The notes beneath the pieces were generated by a model, which was not told where the DNA came from, made no database searches, and was given only the letters and a program-made list of their open reading frames with translations. From Tubulanus polymorphus (lineage: Eukaryota; Animalia; Nemertea), in NCBI RefSeq assembly GCF_964204645.1, contig NC_134036.1:2666001-2730000 (forward strand): DNA of 64,000 nt. The letters are read 5' to 3'. Position 1 is the first letter of the stretch; each line of letters starts with the position of its first letter. Shown here in pieces: positions 1 to 12,081 of this stretch. The position numbers were made by a program, and so were the translations under genes.

Positions 1-1001
1 GTAGGACCTAAGATACAGTGAAACGAAGACATAGATATCAGGGGCTGAGGAACTGATTGTAATCAATGATTATGCTCATGTTGAATAGGATTCCTCCAGA
101 TGATAGGGCTGAGGAACTAATTCAGTTCGGCCACTTTCCACCCATTCATAAATCCCCTGATTTTAACGAGTGATTACACAAAATTCCCCCCGACTGATTC
201 AGAGAAATATCTAGGTTTAAAATGTTACAATTCATTCATTTTTCGTCGAATCACGAACTGATAAAGAAACTTGTGGTCAATACCATCATTCAAATTCCCA
301 GAATTTTTACAGGTTTTTTGTCAAATTTGTGAAATTCCATGAATTTACCCTGATGTTTTCTATATTTTTCTGATTCCCCAAGTTTTCCCAAATTTTTCCC
401 TTTATTTGCAATCCACTGACTATCATGTTTTAGAGGAAACCTCCAGATGATGGGTGCTGAGGAACTTATTAAAGGATTCATATATTTTCGAAGAGAACAT
501 CAAGAACTAATACTGATACGGACGATAACCTTGATAAGTGGACTGATTTGGCGACAGTGAAAGTAATAAAACATTCTGGAGGGTGGTTGTTACTGGGCCG
601 TTTAGAATTTCTTGCCGTTTTCACGCAAATATTGGAAAAATACGAAACCGGATACTCCCGGATACTTCTGGATACTCGGATAGCTGGTAAAAAGGATCTA
701 TATATATTAACTCAAACTCGATGATAATCACACACACACACAACAAATACAACCCACAGTCACAGCTGAATAATATAAATGGGAAAAATATCCTGAAGAA
801 GTGTATTTGAACAGTCATCAATATTTATATAAAATACTCTCAGCGCGGGTTCCATGTTGGAAGTGATATTCATTAATCGTAGTTCAGTTCTAGTAGAGAC
901 TGAGAGCCATCCACAACGGTGACAAAATATACAACGTAAACTTCATTTCCTCGCAAGTACAGTTCATGAGTACAATGTGTGGTTATCTATGATTCGGCTT
1001 G

Positions 1002-1467
1002 CAGTGTTCTCCGTATATGCCAGAAAGGGGGCTGCATTCATTGCTAAGTGTGGCAGCTGAAGTAGCAAGGCTTTCAATCCCCCCGAAAAAAAATTGTTCA
1101 CAGTAGCTCAATAAATTCATTTTAAAGCAATTATCAGCATTGATAGATTACTGACATCCATTCTGGTAGGGGCAGCGGGTATTTAAGCTTAATTTTGTAA
1201 TCTTCTATTTTTCACAGTAGCTCAATAAATTCATTTTAAAGCAATTATCAGCATTGATAGATTACTGACATCCATTCTGGTAGGGGCAGCGGGTATTTAA
1301 GCTTAATTTTGTAATCTTCTATTTTTCACATTGGCTCAATAAATTCATTTCAAAATACTGACATCCATTCTGGTAGGGACAGCAGATATTTCATGAGGGG
1401 TGGCTGATTTTCAGAGGGGTGGATTTGAAAATAAAAAGGGGTGGCCGCCCCTCTCTAAAACCTGTTA
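1002..1467. mobile_element. hAT-like MITE copy with an internal 114-bp tandem duplication; related copy at 7467-7907
   Basis: Begins CAGTGTTCTCC; shares cagctgaagtagcaagg...ggtaggggcagc...ccctctaaaacctgtt with 7467-7907; 1097-1324 is a 2x114-bp duplication. Confidence 0.55.
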
Positions 1468-2159
1468 AATATCTAAATCCTGGTTAACTTGGAAAAAAAC
1501 AGAGAATTTAAGTGAAATGAATTTTTTTTTTGCAGTTTTTGGGAAAAACCTTACAGTTTCAAAATTGAACTGTCAATTTCCCTATAATCAAAATATTTGT
1601 ACCGTTTTCATATTCTATTGGTCTTATCTTCAAATCCATATTGTTTTCAACCTTTTTCGCTATCATTTTACCAGATAACTATACATTATATTATACATAT
1701 AGTGAAGTCATATAAGTATTAATACCCCAGGAACTGAAGAGATAAGACAAGACAAAAGTTTATCCCTAATCTTATCATTCACTCTAGAGTATAATACTTA
1801 AAACACTCAAATGAAGTATGCGTACGTGTGATAAAATTAGAAAAACTTCGCATTAAAAATGAATATGAAATCTTTTCATTTTATGATTCTTCATCCATAA
1901 CATTATATATAAATTAAAAAGTCAATGGCCTTCGGAAAATGTTTCAATATGCATCGACACGTAACGAATGTGAAATGCAGATTAATTTATTTCCTACAAA
2001 TGAAAAGTCATGGGCCTTAAAATATTTCGAAATATATCTCCATTATGTTCCATAATAACAAATATTATAATGATTATAATGATATCATATGATAAATAAG
2101 ATTCATAAATATGACTCCAGATGACAAGATTTGAATTGATTGCTTAAGTTTCTGATTTT

Positions 2160-2565
2160 GTCTAATGTCTGGTGTTTGTAGTTCATTTTCAATTAGAAAT
2201 GTCTCGGGTGAAGCACTGAACACACGTGAAGTGTGGACGATCAGTTTTTGAAAGTGTGCTGATAAAATGTCTAATGTCTGGTGTTTGTAGTTCATTTTCA
2301 ATTAGAAATGTCTCAGGTGAAGCACTGAACACATGTGAAGTGTGGACGATCAGTTTTTGAAAGTGTGCTGATAAAATGTCTAATGTCTGGTGTTTGTAGT
2401 TCATTTTCAATTAGAAATGTCTCAGGTGAAGCACTGAACACATGTGAAGTGTGGACGATCAGTTTTTGAAAGTTTGCTGATAAAATGTCTAATGTCTGGT
2501 GTTTGTAGTTTGTAGTTGAAATGTCTCAGATGAAGTACTGAACACGTGTGAAGCGTGGACGATCA
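2160..2565 (+). repeat. 109-bp minisatellite (about 3.7 copies), dispersed family
   Basis: Unit taatgtctggtgtttgtagttcattttcaattagaaatgtctc... starts at 2163, 2272, 2381 and 2490. Confidence 0.95.
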
Positions 2566-3129
2566 AAGAGTGGAAGAATATTGATAGAATAGTCAATGTC
2601 AGTAAGGGTACAGGGTCGAGATTGATGCCCAACATCAATCTGACCCAAGGCCATCGAGAATCCAGACTGCATTAATTAATCGGCCCATTGAAAGTTATGA
2701 TGGCACCATCGAGATTAAATCTGCATTACACCTCCATTAAACATGATTCATTAGCCTAATCCTAATAGCTGATATAGTTCATAGAACTAGGTTCTCTACC
2801 ATATGACACGAGATATATGTACCAGAATCATCATCATGTGACGATATCACAGTGCAGTGTCACAGCATGAAAACAACAACTAAAACAAAACCTGTCGTAT
2901 CAAATCACCAGATAGATGCAGAGATAGATAGTAGGGATCCAGGGTCGATTTAACACTAGCTTGATTTACAAGGTTGCTTTCGGGCTTCTGCATTATGCAT
3001 AAAGTTATTCAAGGTTCTGCATATTAGAGATAAATCTAAAAGCCCTATTATAGGTTCATTGTGGTGGCTTATTGATTTTTGAAAAGTTGTCAAGGGAATC
3101 AATAGAAAATGAATTCAATTTTTCTAAGA

Positions 3130-3280
3130 CCAGGGCAGTGTCTAAAGCAAAAGTGATTTAATCAAGCTGTTGGCCATTGGTCTCATCAATCATGGGTTTT
3201 TAACCGCCTGATTCCAAGCTGGTCTCCCTATCTCTCTCCTATAAGAGGGAAAAAGAGTACATCAAGCCTCCTAATAATAA
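3130..3280 (+). repeat. Interspersed ~145-bp repeat, second copy at 6450-6590; possibly a degenerate SINE
   Basis: The two copies align (aaagcaaaagtgattt..tcaagctgtt.gcca.tggtctcatcaatcat..tcaagcctcct); weak A/B-box resemblance. Confidence 0.6.
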
Positions 3281-3429
3281 CCAAACACTTCTAAAATATT
3301 TACCATTCCAGATAAGAACCAAATATCATGAATTTACTATAAGACAATAGAAATGAGAACTTGAATTTTGAAGGGTTTTTCGAAAAAAAAAGGATTAAGG
3401 CTGAGCATTAAATCACTTGCATGTTTCAG

Positions 3430-3570
3430 CCCCTGGTTCCATAGTCGAGACTTAAGTCCAAAAGTGGTCTTCAATCTTAAGACTGGTCTTAAGCTGTTAG
3501 ATAAGCTATAGAACAAAGATAGTCTTAGACTGGTCCTAAGTCTAAGCCATGACTATGGAACCGGCCCCTG
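3430..3570. mobile_element. ~140-bp PIF/Harbinger-like MITE family A (also 4755-4897, 25010-25146, 30779-30908, 43634-43776, 53964-54115)
   Basis: TIR ggttccatagtc...gactatggaacc and shared core aatcttaagactggtcttaa in six copies; GGGGCC-type ends with CWG flanks in the best copies. Confidence 0.8.
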
Positions 3571-4465
3571 AACACTTCACATTAGTTCATTGTACGCGAC
3601 AAGCGTAAACACCATTAAGTATTTAACATCTGTAGATTTTAACCGACATCAATTCATCGGCAACTCCTCAATGCAATTCAATGGATACAAACGTAATACC
3701 GCTTATTATATTGTTTTAAAAATCAATCGCCTGCTGAATGGCGAAAAAGAAACCACTTGAAATTACTAATATAGAATGGCTACTTTCCAACCATTTACGA
3801 ATTCCCGGAGTTTTCCATGCGATTGCACAAAAGTTGATGTGCGCATTTTTGGTGAGTTCCTTACAAATTTTCTGCGAACAGAACCCCTTTTAAAAAAACA
3901 AATGCTCAACTAGATTATTACAAAAACATACTACAGTGTCAATGAAAGTCAGGTGTCCTACATTAATCCATTCAGAAACATTATCTCATAATCATAAGAC
4001 TTACTGGCAACAAACTCACTGAGCTGGCACTATATAACAATGTGTGTTTTGCTTTGTTATCTTTGTTGTTAGCAACTCTAATTACAGTGAATATAATACT
4101 GTGTATAAATATATTGGAATTTTTGATAGAGAGAGATTTTTTAAGATCTAGCCTTGGAACCTGCGTGACAGGGATGAACCAGCTAGCCGAAAATTACATT
4201 TGTTTGCTGAACGAAATAAAGCTATATTCGTAACAGAAGAAGAGTTTGTGTTTTGCTGACAGATCTTGAAGTGCTGATCATCTACGTCATAATATGGAGA
4301 CAGTAACAGTTATAGTTAAAGGAAAATTACTGTTGCTAAACCCCTTACAAACCCACCACATTATTTCTAGGAATGAAACAGGGGTTTTAAACGGGTGACT
4401 CTACGTGGACAAATAGCCAAATATATCCACTAGAGGGCGTGCATGTGGCAGTTTTTTACACTTAC

Positions 4466-7400
4466 CCTGATTTGGTACGGCAACGACGTAAACATCCTCC
4501 ACGGTAACGACCACCGGTTCCGTATACAGATTCGTCCACGGTATTTTCAACACGAGTTTCCCGAGGTGACCGTAACGGATTTTAATCGGTAAATCCAAAT
4601 CATCCTTGAAAAAAAATGATTACAACAATGATGAAAATTTATATCACCCCAAATGGGTCCTGATAAATGAATCATCAGGGTGACCACTTTTATTTGACAT
4701 GTCGGTCAGAAACCCAGAATTTTAGGGTCTTTTACCACTAAAATATTGATTTCCTGGAGCTGGTTCTATAGTCAAGACTTTAGTACCAAAAATAGTCTTA
4801 AATCTTAAGACTGGTCTTAAATTTTTAGGCTGGCTTTAGAACTAAGATGGTCTTAGACTTGTCTTGAGTCTAAGCCATGTCTATGCAACCAGCAACCAGA
4901 TATTTAGGGTACTTGAAGAGTTTAAGGAACTGTAGGAACCCATTATGGATACTTGAAATAGATTTTAAGCGATAATTTTTTTTCACATGATTTTCCAACA
5001 ATTCGAAAATATTCGAAATCTGTACGCACTGCAGTTGATTCACTGGGTTATATTTCACTGGGTTATATTTCAAAGGTGAAATAATTCTAAATGATTCTAA
5101 CTAAAGCCTGATATTTATTTTAATCGAAATCAGCGCTGTGACTGTTGAGTGCAAATTAATTACACATCTAACATATTGGGTATAAAGGCTATAAAATACA
5201 CCTGTTGTACAAGAGTATTGCTATAATAATCAACTCATCTCTGACACATCAATATTCATTACGTATTTCAAATTCAATTTAGACAGAAATTTTGATTGTC
5301 TGTCCCGATAATGAAATTGCCCTTCTGGCGCGTTCGTTTCGACCAGAATAGGCTCTAGCTATTCCGGAATAGTGTAATCTGTAAACCTGATAGAAGCGGC
5401 CGATAGAGATTTTGTCATTCGCAATTCATTAATCTCTAAATCTGATAGAATCGGCCGGTAGAGAGTTTGTAATCCCGAATTGCAATTGCTGAATTTAAAT
5501 GATGCTCAATTGAAACCTGCCTTAAATTGAACAACTACACAATACGGAACTTTATTACGGATAATAAAAGATGATGAAATCTAGGCTTTTGGGGACAGCT
5601 TTTATCTAGTGGACAATATAGTGACCTGTTTACAAGCATCGTGACAATATGAAATATATGGGCCACAGTTTCTGAACCAGTTTTTACAGGGGGTCATTTT
5701 AGCATGCAGGTATCATCAAGCTCCTGGAACCTGTGCTTCCCCTGATAATCAACAATTTATCATCGTATTTCCAATTTTTGTCAATGTTTGCATCCTACAC
5801 TGAAATGCACCAATAATCTTTGTTGACAAAATGAATAAAGGGTATTCAGAAAAATTCAATGAACTTTTTACTAGTCTCATTAGTCGCCCTGGATCAGCCC
5901 CTGAGCTCAATACTATAGGACAGTTAACCAGTTAAAGAGGACAATGAGCCTTCCAAAAGAAAACTTAAAATAAACTTACCAACGCACTAGCTTTAACATC
6001 TAGGTTACCTAACACTACATCACCTAAAAAAATAAGAGCATATCTCACTATAAAAACATCATCATCTTCATCGACTAATTAGTGGTTAATTAGTCTCAAC
6101 AACATAGTTCTAACTTTCTCTTTAAATTTCTATCGCGATCTTTTTCTAAAATTCTACACAAAAGGTTTATAATTTCTATCCAATTTTGTGTTTTCAAAGA
6201 CTTTCAAAATGTCTTTAATTCGTAGTCAAAAATATCAGACTCAGGCGCCTTAAATGTACTAGGACGCGAGCAAACCAATTTATTTCTAGGAGTATTTCAT
6301 TGTGGATTTTGAACCCGCACTAAACTGTTATCTGTGTCACACATCATGTATAACCATGACATTTTCAATGACTTTCTGCTGAACAGGTTGCATTTAAAAA
6401 ACAGATTCCATTTGCCACCCCCAATCGAAACAGGACAAATAAATTCTCAGGGCAAGGTTTAAAGCAAAAGTGATTTGATCAAGCTGTTAGCCAATGGTCT
6501 CATCAATCATCGGTTTGAAGCCCGATTCCCAGCTGGCGTCCCTATCTCTCCCATAACAGGGAAAAAATGAACCTCAAGCCTCCTGATAAATTCTGTTAAC
6601 TCGACCGCCGATCGCACACCTATATCTGTACTCCGATTTCCGATTTCAAAATCAAACCCCCTGTTTCGCTCCCAGCAGGTGTGGTGGGTCTGTATGGGAC
6701 ACTCAATCAAAAAATCAAACGAAATTTACCAGCCAAATAAATAATTAATGGGGACAATCCCTATTTTAAGATAAAAAATAACAATAAACTTCCGATTCCA
6801 AGTTCTCCAATTCTCGTCCAGGTCGAAGGAGGGATGGAGTAAGAGAAGTTGTTGCGTGGAGCGCGCGATAATCCGGAGCAACTGACTCCGGGATATTAAG
6901 GAGTCTACTTTACGCTTGACGGGATGCACTCGCCGAAAGAAAAGCAATTATCGGTTTCGGCGATATTCCACAAATAAAACCGGATGGGACCGCGTCGATA
7001 TGAGTTTCGATCTAATTTTTTCTCGTATATACAACGTCTAATTGCGTTCGCATGCCGCAGCCTGCTGTATCAGTATTCTGGGGAGAGACGGGGGATACAC
7101 TACTAGGGGTATAGCTTGTTACAGAATATCGCATAGCTCTCACTTCTCACTCTCTCTCTCTCAGTGGAATGTAGAACCAATGACTACAGTTGTTAACAAC
7201 TGGAATATGCTTCCATCCATCCTCTTCGCTCTCTCTATCATTTTGCTATATTTATCAATTCCTCATTATCGTTAGGATTCTTGGGATTCTAGGATTTCTC
7301 TTCCACACATTCCACAGGTGGATGTGAAGAACGCGTGTACGCATAAAATACATCCCTGATTTTTATCGCGAAGCAGGACAGGACATTTTTTCTCAAGGGT

Positions 7401-10400
7401 AGTGGAAACCGAGCCAAAAGTCAATATACAATCAATGAGGTCCTTTCAACATTAGCCAGGGAGGCCAGTGTTTTCTGTAATCTGAAATTTAAAGGGGCTA
7501 TAACTTACATTGTATGACATTGTGACAGCTGAGGTAGCAAGGGTTTCAATCCCCCAAAAATACAGAAAATTTTAAAACTTAATTTTGGTGTAATTTTCTT
7601 TTTTTCACATTTTGCTCATAAAGCAATTATTGGCATTGATAGAATATTGACATCCACTCTCGGGGGGGGCAGCAGATATTTTTAGGGGCAGCAGATATTG
7701 GGTAAGGGTTGACTGATTTCTAGAGCGGAAGATGTAATAATGAAAGGGGTGGTCACACCTCTAAGTTGTGGAGAACACATGATTTAGCATTGATAGAATA
7801 TTTACATCCTTTCTGGTAGGGGCAGCAGGTATTTCAAGTGGTTGCTGATTTTAAGAGGGGTGGATGTAAAAATGAAAACCCTCTAAAACCTGTTGTGCGG
7901 AACGCTGTGAGGGAGGGGAGGGAGGGGATAGAAGGGGATAGAAGGGGATAAGTTACCGTTGAATTTGCAGTAGGGTGTTTGGTGTTAGAATGATGACTGT
8001 TTGGTTGTAGTGAAAGGAAATACTACAACAATTTACTATCAATCTTATTATATTCCTTCCCAGTGATAACAACACAAATAGGCCTATACGCACAGACGGC
8101 TGATACATACATGCTATACATAAATATAGTGCTGATGATGCCATCAGCAGATATAATTACTGAAACTGTTTATCCAGTACATTATCATATCAATTTGATG
8201 ATGTCATAGGGGGATTCATGGAGGCAGATATCATTGCTGTAAGCGTATATCCAGTACATTATCGTATCAATTTGATGATGTCATAGGGGGATTTATGGTT
8301 ATGCAGATGTCATTATTGAAAGTGTATATCCATCTAACAAAAACTCAGGCCTATAACAAAATGCTTGTCAGTCCCAAGTGAAGGATTCTACATTAAATTT
8401 CCATTGGATATACGTAACAATAATGTTTGCCAAAAGGGCACTTTCCCAAAATTTCTGATGGGCAACTGACCCCTGCCTGCTGGTATATCACCACATCATT
8501 CAATTTGATGATGTCAAAATGGGCATAAATGGAGATCGACATCTTTAATAAAAGTGTCTAGAACCACATCAAATCCATGGATGATATCATAGGAGGATTT
8601 GTGAAGGGTTTATCACTTTATCAGTTGAATGATGTCATAGGAGGAATTCACAGGCACGGACAGACTACTGCTGGCCGAGTATCAACACATCAATTAGATG
8701 ATGTCATCGGGAGATATAGCAAAATATCTATACACATGTCCCACGTTGCTCAAGGCTGTTGAAAAACAAACTCTTGAAGATGCATTGATAGATAGGTTTA
8801 TAGACAGACGCAGAGAGACAGCAGCTGTCATTGCGAATATACAAAATATCCGATACAAGCGTCGTAAAAAATATATACGCGATTTCGCATCAATGTCATA
8901 ATGTGTCATGTGGAAATAATAGACTATTTTATTCATAGTAAAAGCTATATGTTTCTAACAGTTGGAAAAAAGCCTAAGAGCTATTTCCATAACGCCTAAA
9001 AACCTAGATCCAAAAAAATACCTAATACCTAGATACAAATTTACTAGATGTAAAAAATGCCTAAATGAAGCTCATGTGAAACATGTGTCATTGTAGACAA
9101 TATTGATTTTCGCTTTCTGAGCTCGGTTGAATCACGCGGAAGTGCAAAGCACTTTAACCGATTAACGTACAATATATTTCTACATTTTCATGTCAATTAA
9201 TCCCCAATATACACAATACTTCAGCAAATACTTTCATCATAATTAACTGTTCATAATTTTACTGAATCGTTGAAGTTATCGAGAATGAGAAGGTCGTCAT
9301 TAGTAACTAATCATAATTTCACTGAATCATTGAAGTTATTGAGAATGAGAAGGTCATCATTAGTAACTAATCATAATTTTACTGAATCGTTGAAGTTATT
9401 GAGAATGAGAAGGTCGTCATTAGTAACTAATCATTATTTTACTGAATGGTTGAAGTAATTATGAATGAGAAGGTTTCATTAGTAACTAATCATAATGTCA
9501 CTGAATCGTTGAAGTTATTGAGAATGAGAAGGTCGTCATTAGTAACTAATCATAATTTTACTGAATCGTTGAAGTTATTGAGAATGAGAAGGTCGTCATT
9601 AGTAACTAATCATTATTTTACTGAATGGTTGAAGTAATTATGAATGAGAAGGTTTCATTAGTAACTAATCATAATGTCACTGAATTGTTGAAGTTATTGA
9701 GAATGAGAAGGTCGTCATTAGTCACTAATCATTATTTTACTGAATGGTTGAAGTAATTATGAATGAGAAGGTCGTCATCAGTAACTAATCATTATTTTAC
9801 TGAATCATTTAATATCTGGATTCAGTGTCCTGGGAGACACAGCTTTTTGGATCAATAAGAGACCGAGCTAATAGTGAGATAAAGAGAGTAAAACATATGT
9901 CATTAGACTGACACTGTGAGTGGTGGGCGGTGCCCGATTAATAGATACCCTGGATCTTTGTTCCACAGTGAACCTGGTTCTAGTCATATGGATTTAATTT
10001 GACACTGGATGCAGTTCTACATTTGTGTGGATTTAATTCGACTCTGGAACCAGTTCCACAGTTGCGTGATTTAATTTGACTCTGGATCCAGTTCCACAGT
10101 TGTGTGGGTTTAATTTGTCTCTGCACCCAGTTCCACAGTTGTTTGGATTTTATTTGACTCTGGAAACCCAATTTCCACAATTGTGTCGATTTAAGTTGAC
10201 TCTGAACCAATTTCCACAGTTGTGTGGGTTTAATTTGACTTTGGATCCAGTTGCACAGTTGTGTGGGTTTAACTTGTCTCTGGATCCAGTTCTATAGTTT
10301 TATGTGTTTAATTTGATTCATGATCCAGCTCCCAGTTCATGCTCACTAAACTGTATCAGGCCCTACTATCAAATTCAATCAGAAAGGTTTTACTGGACTT

Positions 10401-11032
10401 CGAGCTATAGCAAGTTAGTCTCAATAACTGATCACAAGTTGCCTTTACAGCCAGCACAAATTTTAACTATGCCAGGTTTGTCTCGGTGGCTGGTCAGGGG
10501 ACAAGTCAGGTGTCAGTCAATCAAGCGGTTGAATAGCGAATGGGTACAGTTGGTCTCAATCAATGCACAGGGAATAAAAGGGTCTGTGACACGCCTGGGA
10601 AGTACTTAATTTCAGCTGTAAGCAATTAGTTTGTCACGGCCAGAGACCAAGGTACAAGTGAGGACAGTAATTCAGCTGCAACCATTGAGCAGAGCAGACC
10701 TGTCAGTCAGAATGCAGAAAAACAAATGCCTCCCTTTTCATTTTCATGCCCTCTGTCTCTGATACACTCAGGATTGAGGGTCAGGGCTAGGGTCAGCAGT
10801 CCCATTATGACTCTTCACTTAATCCGTCGATCTACCGTTGGGCGCATCATCGGGGCATCTGATTCTGTGACACCGGTCTAGAGCTGTCAAAACACCGACT
10901 AGGCCTTATTTGCAAACCCGGAAGTAACTTACCACCCCAGATTCCTAACTTCAACTGCGATCTATCCAAATTCTCGACGTAGTCGCCCAGATATTTATTC
11001 AGCAAATCGACGATAATCGACTCGAAAACCAT
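4466..11032 (-). CDS. VPS13: VPS13 (VPS13A/C-type) lipid transfer protein, first three coding exons; gene continues beyond window start
   Basis: Exons 11032-10933 (100 bp, [33 protein letters not shown]), 6023-5980 (44 bp, [15 protein letters not shown]) and 4604-4466 (139 bp, [46 protein letters not shown]). GT/AG sites and phases are consistent; the sequence is the chorein N-terminal domain. No further exon recognised in 1-4465. Confidence 0.95.
8140..8720. repeat. Degenerate dispersed tandem repeat with tttgatgatgtcataggg core (also 25765-26320, 41270-41620, 52270-52620)
   Basis: Recurrent gatgatgtcatagg / atggaggcag / aagatggc motifs at roughly 60-70-bp spacing in four introns. Confidence 0.75.
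9250..9808. repeat. 59-60-bp minisatellite, about 9 copies
   Basis: Unit tcataattttactgaatcgttgaagttattgagaatgagaaggtcgtcattagtaactaa. Confidence 0.97.
9951..10340 (+). repeat. ~40-bp minisatellite (ctggatccagttccacagttgtgtgggtttaatttgact)
   Basis: About 9 degenerate copies; same family as 56877-57410. Confidence 0.9.
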
Positions 11033-11871
11033 CCTGGGTGCGCGAACGGCCCGTAACCAGCCGTTTTATACGATTTATTCACGAAAACATTAGTCCCTGG
11101 ACGAATGACATCGGAGATGGAGGAGAGAGCAATGATGCGCAGCCTAGTCGGCTGTAGGTGGCAGCACAATACGGGGTTTGTATAGTTGATGGGAATTTTT
11201 AGACTGGTTGCCGGTCTCTACATTCAAAATGATTCAATCGGGAGCCGAACCGGGAGCCGAATTCACGGGGGTCTGCAAATGTCCAGTGTGACGTTCAGAA
11301 TAATAAATTAATCATCTTAAGTGAACAAACAAATTGCCAGTGTCGTGGCCTCTGCTGCATGGCTGGTTAGTCAGTTCAGTATGTCAGTGACAGTAGAGAT
11401 GGGTTTATCCATCTCAAGTTCGTTGTTGTCGATTTACGACGGTTCCTTCAAGCAGGGTAGATTTAGACGGCACTGTAACGCTGCTTTAGACATCCTGAAT
11501 TGTATATCGATATTTTCAAAGCCACACGCAGAACAGGTGGCCCGCGCAGAAGCGTTACCTGCCATAGTTTTGGTCGAGTTTCTTTCTTCATTGGTGTAAA
11601 AATCGACTTTAAAGCGGTCCATGGAACGTAAATCGAGACACTTCGAGGCCAAATTCGGTTTTCGTATCTAGTCGACTAGTGGTCGGAACTAATAACCGAA
11701 TGCGCTTGATTTTCGAACTTTTCCGGAATATAGTTCCGACTAACGGACATTCGGTTTCGTTTAGTTCCACTATAGTCGACGAACTCAGATAACCGAAGGT
11801 GGCCCTGGGTTCGTGATTCACGGGCCGGCCGTGAAAAGCAGTTAATTTCATAGGAGGGCAGTGAAATGGGG

Positions 11872-12081
11872 GTGTTATAAAAACTACCGTATGCGCTACT
11901 AAAACGAAGACCTATGCACTTTGGGGTATTAGAACTATGCATGACTAAAAAGAAGTCCGAAAATACTCGAAATCCTCACTTCGGGCGCTTTGTAGCACCT
12001 CTGCCGGAAACGTAAATTGCCTGGTCGGTTTTCTCGGGTGCATATAGTCTTCGTTTTTAGTAGTGCTTCGTTTTAGTAACA
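11872..12081. mobile_element. MITE-like element with long inverted termini
   Basis: gtgtta...ctactaaaacgaagacctatgcac is mirrored by gtgcatatagtcttcgtttttagtag...ttagtaacac. Confidence 0.6.

Noticed and set aside
9250-10340. Repeat arrays resembling CRISPR
   Set aside because: Contiguous tandem units without unique spacers, eukaryotic intron context, no cas genes.
11321-11942. Short ORFs including a CxxC (CSAC) motif upstream of VPS13
   Set aside because: No recognisable domain or splice structure; may be transposon debris.
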